Positions 46,191 to 52,526 of a stretch of DNA of 52,526 nt are shown here, in pieces (positions within the stretch are counted from its first letter, which is position 1; each line of letters begins with the position of its first letter). A model generated the notes under the pieces. It was not told the origin of the DNA, ran no database searches, and was given only the letters and a program-made list of their open reading frames with translations. Source of the stretch: a virus. Lineage: Duplodnaviria; Caudoviricetes. Where the stretch lies: the IMG/VR virus record IMGVR_UViG_3300048995_000012, positions 1-52,526 of that record, one strand, 5' to 3'. A program made the position numbers and the translations under genes.

Positions 46191-46700
46191 ATGCAGCAGT
46201 GCCCCGCCGAAGCCGTCATCGGTGACCGCTACCAGGACAGCGAAGGCGACACCTGGGTGGTCGCGGAACTCGACGACCGCGGACGCCCGTCGCTGGTCGA
46301 GGACCAGGACCTGATCGAAGACCCCAGCGACATCGACGCGGAAGTGCAGACCTGGACATCCGTCGCGGGCGACTACGGCCCCCTCGTGAAGGTCGACTCC
46401 AACCCGGAGCTGACCGCCCTCCTGGAGGCGCGGGCCGAGCGCTCGAAGGAAATCGCCGAAGTCGTGAACACCGTCGCTCCCGAGCAGGTGCGCGACCTCT
46501 ACAACACCATCGCCGGATTCCGCCACTGGGGCGCCAAGCTGACCGAAGCCCAGGGCAAGGTCAACAGCTACTCCGGCCACCGGGCGAAGGAGCTCCGGAA
46601 GATCGTCGAGATCGTCGGCACCCAGGACAAGGCGGCCAAGCTCCTCGGTATGAACCAGTCCACCCTCAGCCGCGCCCTCCGCCCTCGCAGCGAGGCGTGA
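46191..46700 (+). CDS. Moron protein with C-terminal HTH
   Basis: GGAGG RBS; TQDKAAKLLGMNQSTLSRAL. Confidence 0.8.
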   Translation: MQQCPAEAVIGDRYQDSEGDTWVVAELDDRGRPSLVEDQDLIEDPSDIDAEVQTWTSVAGDYGPLVKVDSNPELTALLEARAERSKEIAEVVNTVAPEQVRDLYNTIAGFRHWGAKLTEAQGKVNSYSGHRAKELRKIVEIVGTQDKAAKLLGMNQSTLSRALRPRSEA

Positions 46701-46706
46701 GCAGCC

Positions 46707-46726
46707 AGCCCCGCCACGGCGGGGCT
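46707..46726. terminator. Bidirectional terminator hairpin
   Basis: AGCCCCGCC/GGCGGGGCT between convergent genes. Confidence 0.65.
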
Positions 46727-46734
46727 TCGGCATG

Positions 46735-46995
46735 TCAGCCCTCGGCGGGCGGCTCGACGATGAACGTCCCCTTGCTGGCCACGGTCTGCGCCAGCCCGCG
46801 ATCCCGCAGCTCCTGGATGACCCGCCGCGCCGTCCCGTAGGCGATCCGGTACTGGTCGGCTAGCTCTCGTTCCCCGGGGAGTCGCGCGCCGGGCTGTAGC
46901 TGCCCGGCCTTGATGCGGCCCTGGATGTCGTCGGCGACTTGCACGTACACGTACACGGGCGAGCTCGGATCCACCACCGACGCTTGATCATCCAT
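46735..46995 (-). CDS. GntR winged-HTH-only regulator
   Basis: YVQVADDI..RI..G.LQPGARLPGERELA.QY.IA.GTARR....LRDRGL. Confidence 0.88.
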   Translation of the reverse strand: MDDQASVVDPSSPVYVYVQVADDIQGRIKAGQLQPGARLPGERELADQYRIAYGTARRVIQELRDRGLAQTVASKGTFIVEPPAEG

Positions 46996-47040
46996 GCCGT
47001 CAACGTAGGGCGGTCTGGCCCTCCACGCGTCGACAGGAAG

Positions 47041-47090
47041 CCGCATGGTGCTGCATGTGGCGGTATGGAGCGGTGTGTAGCGGTAGCCTG
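47041..47090. repeat. Five degenerate 10-bp tandem units in divergent promoter region
   Basis: ccgcatggtg/ctgcatgtgg/cggtatggag/cggtgtgtag/cggtagcctg. Confidence 0.55.
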
Positions 47091-47158
47091 CAATTGCAAG
47101 AGCCCCCGAGGCCACGGCCCACGCAGCCCCGGAGGCAGCCGACGAACGGAGCGTCGAC

Positions 47159-47368
47159 ATGGAACACCCTACGGAGCCGCAGCCCGCGGTCCAGACCGCC
47201 GACACGATCGACGCCATAGAACCGGCCGGGCCCAGCCCCTGCACCTGCGGCAGCCGCGACCACCAGGCCGTCCGCATCGGCGACCAGCTGTCACCCAGCG
47301 GCTCCGCCATCCGCGCCGTCTACGTGTGCCCCGCCACCTCCGCCACCGGCCTCAGCGGTGCACTGTGA
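47159..47368 (+). CDS. Small hypothetical protein
   Basis: GGAG RBS; CTCG...VYVCP. Confidence 0.6.
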   Translation: MEHPTEPQPAVQTADTIDAIEPAGPSPCTCGSRDHQAVRIGDQLSPSGSAIRAVYVCPATSATGLSGAL

Positions 47369-47508
47369 AGCCGCCCGCCGTCGCCCCGCCCACCCCCGAG
47401 TGGACCGCCCTCGTCGTCCACTTGCAGGCCTGCGAGATATGCAGGACCAGCGGGCCCTGCGAGACGGGGCAGCAGCTCGTCGACGCGCACAAGGCCGCAC
47501 GGCGCTGA
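47365..47508 (+). CDS. Small Zn-binding hypothetical protein
   Basis: GTGA-coupled; H...C..C....C..G..L. Confidence 0.55.
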   Translation: MKPPAVAPPTPEWTALVVHLQACEICRTSGPCETGQQLVDAHKAARR

Positions 47509-47711
47509 CGGGCCGTTGCCTGACAGGCGCTGAACGGGCGTTCAGTCGTGCCGGTGAGGTAAGCCCTGGCCAGAGGATGTGCGGGCGGTAACGGAAACGT
47601 GCGGGGTGTGGACAGAAAGCCAATGAATATGCAGGGGGCACTCTTCCCAAGGTGCTCAACCTGTTGTTGACTTTGGTTCAAGTTCGCAGCCCAGGCTCGG
47701 CTGCACACCCC

Positions 47712-47954
47712 CTAGCCATGCAGGAGGTCAGTGACGTGCACCCGCAAGGCGTGAGCGATCAGCAGCAGGTCCGAGAACTGCGGATCGCGAACCGCGTTCT
47801 CGTAGCGCTGGATGCTGCGCCGCTCCATGCCGGCGAGGTGCGCCAGCTCCTCCTGTGATAGCTCAGCCTGTCGCCGTAAGTCGGCGATGCGGTGGCCGAG
47901 GGCGATACGGCGTTGCATGACCCAATCGGGTCGAGGATTGCGGCGGGCTGGCAC
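47712..47954 (-). CDS. XRE-family HTH regulator
   Basis: LGHRIADLRRQAELSQEELA..AGM.R.SIQRYE...RDP...LLLIA.AL. Confidence 0.9.
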   Translation of the reverse strand: MPARRNPRPDWVMQRRIALGHRIADLRRQAELSQEELAHLAGMERRSIQRYENAVRDPQFSDLLLIAHALRVHVTDLLHG

Positions 47955-48127
47955 CCGGGACACGCTTCGGCGTCAGTGATCTTGAGTCAGTACCCAAGTG
48001 GTCGCCACTTGAGAAAGTTTGGATGCTGTGCGACGGACGGCCCGCCCCTCCCCGTAGAGCAGATGGAAGACCCTCAGCCTTGCGGTGCGCTGGCATATGC
48101 CGCAGGGCTTCCGGTAGTTTCAAGTAA

Positions 48128-48143
48128 TCGAATGCGTGTTCGC
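48128..48143. promoter_or_regulatory. SOS-box-like site
   Basis: TCGAAT-GCGT-GTTCGC (2 mismatches to TCGAAC-N4-GTTCGA). Confidence 0.5.
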
Positions 48144-48250
48144 TCGAAAGGGTGAACATCGCCCCACCTGCGGTTCTCGTTGGACAGGCAGGGAACTCAG
48201 CGCGCCACCCCCCGCACCACACCCTCCGCCCACCCCACAGGAGTCGACAC

Positions 48251-48490
48251 ATGGACCGCCCGGACATCCTCGACCTCTACAACTGGCAGCCCGGAGTGTG
48301 CTTCCGACACCCCGACAAAGGCACCGTCGACACCACCGTCGTCAAGACCCTCCACCCCCGCCACGACGGCGACCACGACGTCCGCGCCTGCCGCGAGTGC
48401 ATCCTCGCCATGGAAGCCATAAGGCGCGAGGCAGCCGAACGCTCGGGGAGCGAGTATGTACCGGGACACGCGGGCGAAGCGCAGAGCTAG
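48251..48490 (+). CDS. Small Cys/His hypothetical protein
   Basis: AGGAG RBS; LY.W.PG.CFRHP.KG...RAC.EC. Confidence 0.7.
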   Translation: MDRPDILDLYNWQPGVCFRHPDKGTVDTTVVKTLHPRHDGDHDVRACRECILAMEAIRREAAERSGSEYVPGHAGEAQS

Positions 48491-48517
48491 GGCATTCCTG
48501 CAGCTCGCATCCGCTCC

Positions 48518-48820
48518 TGGGGCCGGAATCGTGGGGAGAATCTGGGGAGCGGATGCCGCCGGGGAGGCGCTGGGGGGACTCGCTCGTCAGTAATGCATCT
48601 CAATGAAGCTCAAAGCATCTTCAAGTATCGCAGCAGTTCATTGGGTCACCGGCGGGACGAGCCGCAACCCGCCGCAGGTCACGGAACACCGGGCGACAGA
48701 ACCCGGCGTACAGCCCGACTCGTCTGCCCTGTAGGTCATTGACCTGCAGGAACGCCCCGGCTTCCTTGATCCATACCGGCGCTGGGGAGAATCTGGGGAG
48801 AATCAGAACCGGGGGAGATC
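48518..48820. other. attP: integrase arm-type repeats TGGGGAGAATC flanking the core, plus Xis-site-like 10-bp repeats
   Basis: Perfect arm units at 48532, 48783, 48794 with degenerate copies; taatgcatct/caatgaagct/caaagcatct/tcaagtatcg at 48591-48630. Confidence 0.82.
48683..48727 (+). other. attP core matching the 3' end of RNase P RNA (rnpB fragment, not a full gene)
   Basis: GACAGAACCCGGCGTACAGCCCGACTCGTCTG matches, from recall, conserved region V/P4 and the P1 3' strand of Streptomyces RNase P RNA. Confidence 0.8.
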
Positions 48821-50145
48821 TCGGGAGCCTCATCCGCCTCACCGGCGGGGGCATCACCAGCGCCGGGGGACAGGAACCGCCCGAGCGCCACAATCCCCAT
48901 GCTGCCAGACTTCGGCATGAAATGCGTGTACGTCCGCAGCGTGAAAGCCGGATCTGAATGCCCCAGCCACGCAGCCAGCCTTGTGATGGTCTCACCGGCC
49001 TGCAGCACGACCGACGCGAACGTGTGCCGGGTGACGTGGAAGCCGTCCTCGCGTGGCATGTTCCACGCGATCCGCGCCCACGGCTTCTTCCCCTCGCCCT
49101 GCACCCACTCGGTCTCCGGCTTCGGAATCACTCCGGCCCGAACCAGCGACGGCTTCCACGTCTTGTCATCGAACGTGACCCGGTTAACCGCCCCGCCGGC
49201 GACGCCCCCCGTGCGCGGAGTCGTCACAAGCAGCCGCACCGTCCGCTTCGGCCGGTCCTCCCACGCCAGGTTCGGCCGGTCCGGATCCACCCACGGCAGC
49301 GTCACCTCCACCGTCGGAAAAGAGTTGGCGTACTCCTTGACCGCGGCAGCCAGCTCGGGCGGGCACGGCGCTGTGCGCTCCTTGTTGCCCTTCGGCGGCG
49401 CGAAGCCGAGACGGGAGTTGACCCGGACGATCTGACGCACCACCCCGATCTCCTCGCCGTCAATGTCGTCCGGAGAGAAGGCGAGCGCCTCACCCTGACG
49501 CAGCCCCGCCCCGACTCCTAGAGCCAGCAGGATCCGGTACCGGGGAGGAAGCGCCTCCCGCATCGCGGCCACGGTCTCCTCCGGCCACGCCTTCGCCTTC
49601 GACGGCGGCACGGCCGGCGCCTTCAAGTCCTCGTCGCGGAACGGGTTCGCCGGAATCCGCTTCGCCTTGTACGCGGCCTGCATGATGGACGAGAAGTGCC
49701 GCCAGGTCACGGAGAGGGTGCTGACGTCGATGTTCTGCTCGGCGCGCGTCACCCAGGCTTTGATCTCGTCATGGCCGATGCGGTTCAGCGGCAGGTGCCC
49801 GATGTGCGGCAGGATGTGGTTGAACACGCGGGGCTTCATGGACTGCTTCGTCGTCGGCGACTGACGGAGCGTCGGCCACCACTTCTCCTCGACGTACCAC
49901 TGCAAGGTGACGTTGCCGTCCCGCGGATCGTAGAACTCCCCGCGGACCGTGTCCGTCTGCGCCTTGGCCATCCACTCCTCGGCGCCGCCTGGGCCCTTGA
50001 GGTTGGTGAAACTGCGATCCCGGACGCCCGGGATGCCGGCCACGCGCCAGCGCTTGCCCTGCTTGTAACGATCCGTCTTGCGCTTCTTGCCCGTTTCCGG
50101 GTCGGGTCGCTTGGTCCACCACCGATCCTCGATGTAGCCCGGCAT
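48736..50145 (-). CDS. int: Tyrosine integrase
   Basis: GLRQGE (R), PPKG (K), FHVTRH (HxxR), LGH, TYTH (Y); C-terminus runs into attP arm. Confidence 0.95.
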   Translation of the reverse strand: MPGYIEDRWWTKRPDPETGKKRKTDRYKQGKRWRVAGIPGVRDRSFTNLKGPGGAEEWMAKAQTDTVRGEFYDPRDGNVTLQWYVEEKWWPTLRQSPTTKQSMKPRVFNHILPHIGHLPLNRIGHDEIKAWVTRAEQNIDVSTLSVTWRHFSSIMQAAYKAKRIPANPFRDEDLKAPAVPPSKAKAWPEETVAAMREALPPRYRILLALGVGAGLRQGEALAFSPDDIDGEEIGVVRQIVRVNSRLGFAPPKGNKERTAPCPPELAAAVKEYANSFPTVEVTLPWVDPDRPNLAWEDRPKRTVRLLVTTPRTGGVAGGAVNRVTFDDKTWKPSLVRAGVIPKPETEWVQGEGKKPWARIAWNMPREDGFHVTRHTFASVVLQAGETITRLAAWLGHSDPAFTLRTYTHFMPKSGSMGIVALGRFLSPGAGDAPAGEADEAPEISPGSDSPQILPSAGMDQGSRGVPAGQ

Positions 50146-50161
50146 CGGCGCCCCCGTTCGT

Positions 50162-50605
50162 TCAGACCTGACTCATGGGCTCCGGAGAGATGTCGATGAT
50201 CTCCCCGGCGTACATCTGGAACCACTGTCCACCAGCAAGGTGCTGCTTCGTGACCGGATTCATGGCGGCGGCGAACGCTTCAGTGTCCAGGACCGGATCG
50301 ATGTGGACTCGGATGCAGCCCTTGTCCTCAAGCACTATGGCGGTGTCGGGCACCAGCCGGTGGAGGAGGTACTCGATCCGCAGCGGAGCGTCAGGCGTGG
50401 TGCGGCCGACGATTTCGTCCTCCCACAGCTGGAACCAGTTGGCCGAGGACATGAGGTTGTCGATCTCGATGTTCAGCTGCCGCACCACGTCCTCGAGCGC
50501 AGCGCTCTTGTCGAGCAGCACTTGGATTCTGCCGCGGTCTTCGAGTATCCGGGCGAGCCTGCCGGGAGCGAGGTCCTCGACCGCTTCGTAAGTGACGTGC
50601 AGCAT
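50162..50605 (-). CDS. Hypothetical protein with tandem duplicated domain
   Basis: AAGGAGGAG RBS; LEDRGRIQVLLD...WFQLWEDEI / LEDKGCIRVHID...WFQMYAGEI. Confidence 0.75.
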   Translation of the reverse strand: MLHVTYEAVEDLAPGRLARILEDRGRIQVLLDKSAALEDVVRQLNIEIDNLMSSANWFQLWEDEIVGRTTPDAPLRIEYLLHRLVPDTAIVLEDKGCIRVHIDPVLDTEAFAAAMNPVTKQHLAGGQWFQMYAGEIIDISPEPMSQV

Positions 50606-50761
50606 GCACTCCTCCTTGCCCAACGGTGCACTTGAGCCAGATCGGCCGGAAGTGCACGGTTGGTGAAGGGTACGTCTACACGGAGTCGCCGACAATCGGT
50701 TGTAGAAATATCTACTTACGGACATTCGCGATCAGTTGACAGAAGTTCAGCAGCTGCTGCG

Positions 50762-51199
50762 CTACTCGCCGGCCTCGCGCCTCGCCCGCTCATCCGCTTC
50801 GATCATGTAGCGCCAGCGCCGCAGCTCTTCGGGCGTCTTGCCCGCCAGGTGGCCAACGATGATGCGCACGTCGGATCCGTAGCCGGCCAGTTCAGTCGCC
50901 TCGTACTGCAGCCACTGCTTGGCGACGGCCTCCTTGATGAGGCGGACCGGCTTGCCGAGAGTCGCAGCGATGGCGCCGATTTCGGGCGGGAGGGGTGGGT
51001 TGACGGGCGGATTCTTCACGACCCGCTGGAGGTACGCCTTGGAGACGGTCTGGCCGGTCTCGGGGTCGATGGCCCGGTCTGCAAGGCGCTGATACGAGTC
51101 GCCCTTGTCGAGTGCTTCCTGGATGAGCTGGGAGAGTGCACCGATAGGCGATGCCTGTTCGGCCGCGCCGGGGTCCGGGGCTGTGGCCGGGGCCGTCAT
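50762..51199 (-). CDS. Immunity repressor (XRE-like)
   Basis: LSQLI...SYQRLADRAIDP..G.TVSK.YL...IAA.LG; divergent from cro-like gene, upstream of int. Confidence 0.78.
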   Translation of the reverse strand: MTAPATAPDPGAAEQASPIGALSQLIQEALDKGDSYQRLADRAIDPETGQTVSKAYLQRVVKNPPVNPPLPPEIGAIAATLGKPVRLIKEAVAKQWLQYEATELAGYGSDVRIIVGHLAGKTPEELRRWRYMIEADERARREAGE

Positions 51200-51296
51200 G
51201 TCCTCTTCCTCTCGTGACACTTCAACACCGACTGTCTCTATGTGGGGGAGTCTGCGTCGGAAAACTAGCAGGTCAGTCTGTACAACCATCCCCGTT

Positions 51297-51391
51297 TGTA
51301 GACGGATCGTCTACAGATCAATGCTATCCAGCCAAGAATTTTGCCGGTACTCGCCGGTTCGTCGTCCAGTTCTGTAGACGATTCGTCTCTG
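51297..51391. promoter_or_regulatory. Repressor/Cro operators
   Basis: Palindrome TGTAGACG-GAT-CGTCTACA (51297-51315); TGTAGACG-ATT-CGTCTCTG (51373-51391). Confidence 0.75.
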
Positions 51392-51440
51392 TCGTGCTTA
51401 ACTCGTCTCATCAAGGCCGCTCCGCAACACGGGGGAACCA

Positions 51441-51725
51441 TTGAGCCGCAGATACACCCTGAAAAGCGCCTACGTCTTCCGGTATGCCATGAAGAACCCT
51501 GGTCGAGGCACCCCCTACGGGTACGACACCCTCGCCAAGGCGAGCGGCTGCGGACGTGGCCTCATCGAGAAGCTCGCCACCGGCAGGCAGAAGACCGCCG
51601 ACGTCAATGACGCCCACGCTCTCGTGGAGGCGTTCGGGATCCCGATCCTGTTCCTCTTCGCGCCCAAAGCGTCTTCAGAACTGGACGATTCGTCTCCAGC
51701 TGATCCCCCCACCAAGAAGGAGTAA
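51441..51725 (+). CDS. Cro-like HTH protein
   Basis: LAKASGCGRGLIEKLATGRQKT...AHAL.EA.G...LFLF. Confidence 0.8.
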   Translation: MSRRYTLKSAYVFRYAMKNPGRGTPYGYDTLAKASGCGRGLIEKLATGRQKTADVNDAHALVEAFGIPILFLFAPKASSELDDSSPADPPTKKE

Positions 51726-51729
51726 CCAC

Positions 51730-52026
51730 GTGTACAGGAAGGGATCCAAGCCCAAGCCCCCGAAGGGCTGCCTCTGGATCGAGGGCGCTGCCGAGCACCT
51801 CGGCCTGGAGCCCAACACGCTCCGCAAGTGGCGCCTCCTCGGCAAGGACAAAGAGGCAGGCATGCCCAGCTTCAAGGTCGGCGGATACGTCGCCTACAAG
51901 ATCGGCGACCTCGACGCCTACCTCGACAGCCAGTACCAGGCCGCCACCGAGGCCGACCCGGCCCGCGAGCACGACAGCCGGCCCGCCGAGCCCCGCCTCG
52001 CCAGCCGTACCCGCACCGCCGCCTAA
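51730..52026 (+). CDS. Excisionase/AlpA-like HTH protein
   Basis: AAEHLGL.PNTLRKWR....P.FKVG..VAY...DLDAYL. Confidence 0.85.
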   Translation: MYRKGSKPKPPKGCLWIEGAAEHLGLEPNTLRKWRLLGKDKEAGMPSFKVGGYVAYKIGDLDAYLDSQYQAATEADPAREHDSRPAEPRLASRTRTAA

Positions 52027-52133
52027 AACGGCCGCGGCCCCAACCGTCGGGCGCCTACCCGACAGCCGGGGCCACCGCGGCTCACGCCGCGCGATCCACC
52101 CCGAACGAACTCACGAAACGAAAGGGGCTTCAC

Positions 52134-52352
52134 GTGCCTCAAGTGAATCAGATGCCGAAGCCGAAGCCTCCGGTGCTGACGCCGGAGCAGAAGGCTCGCG
52201 CGATCGACCAGCGCAACGAACAGGCCCGTAAGAACCTGCGCGGAGTGGCTCGGCTCAACGCCAAGACCGTCGCTGACGCGGAAGCCCGGCACGCTCGCCG
52301 CTTCGGTCTGACCGGCCTGACGGCGCCCAAGCCCCAGGGCGGTGCCCGATGA
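52134..52352 (+). CDS. Small basic hypothetical protein
   Basis: AAAGGGG RBS plus GTG. Confidence 0.55.
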   Translation: MPQVNQMPKPKPPVLTPEQKARAIDQRNEQARKNLRGVARLNAKTVADAEARHARRFGLTGLTAPKPQGGAR

Positions 52353-52526
52353 TCCCCGAGCCGCTGACCACGTTCGACGAGATCACCTCCAGTGTCCCCC
52401 GCGTCTCCCCGTTCCGGACGATGTGGAACGAGGCGGAGGAGTTGCTGCACGCAACCCGGCCTGACGGGTTCGAGGTTGAGGAGATCGGCCGGATCGCGTT
52501 CGACGACCTGCCGGACGCGGAGAAGA
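52349..52526 (+). CDS. Hypothetical protein (3'-truncated)
   Basis: ATGA-coupled MIPEPLTTFDEI..., open to window end. Confidence 0.6.
   Translation, partial: MIPEPLTTFDEITSSVPRVSPFRTMWNEAEELLHATRPDGFEVEEIGRIAFDDLPDAEK

Larger units (their letters stand above)
1..52526. mobile_element. Temperate siphovirus of Streptomyces type, excised/circularly permuted form, incomplete
   Basis: Continuous replication, packaging, head, tail, lysis, integrase and repressor modules; intact attP; no host housekeeping genes. Confidence 0.93.

Noticed and set aside
48683-48727. Complete RNase P RNA or tRNA gene
   Set aside because: Only the 3'-terminal ~45 nt match; the upstream conserved regions are absent and no cloverleaf was seen.
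1-52526. Complete circular genome
   Set aside because: The two ends fall in different truncated genes and share no overlap, so part of the early region is missing.

Overview
The whole window is one GC-rich temperate siphovirus of Streptomyces type. No host genes are visible and attP is intact, so this looks like the excised, circularly permuted form. Part of the early region is missing between the window end and start. Order: end of a replication initiator, dnaB and early genes (1-7384); an ~11 kb plasmid/AICE-type conjugation island (7433-18200) with a GIY-YIG-GntR fusion, a TraR/KorSA-like GntR, an xis-like gene, an Spd-like membrane-HTH protein, traA, traB (FtsK/SpoIIIE) bracketed by CTGACACC clt-like arrays, and a membrane-anchored Mrr nuclease; HNH, putative cos, terminase, HK97-type head, long tail and lysis genes (19240-42906); accessory genes including a serine resolvase with res-like sites and a LexA DNA-binding-domain-only protein; attP whose core matches the 3' end of Streptomyces RNase P RNA (rnpB); tyrosine integrase; repressor/cro switch. 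The most notable points are an apparently intact integrative phage with its own TraB transfer system, two different short-repeat arrays (CTGACACC around traB, CGGAACC inside the Spd-like gene), and an rnpB integration target. All family assignments come from motif recognition by eye; no searches were run.
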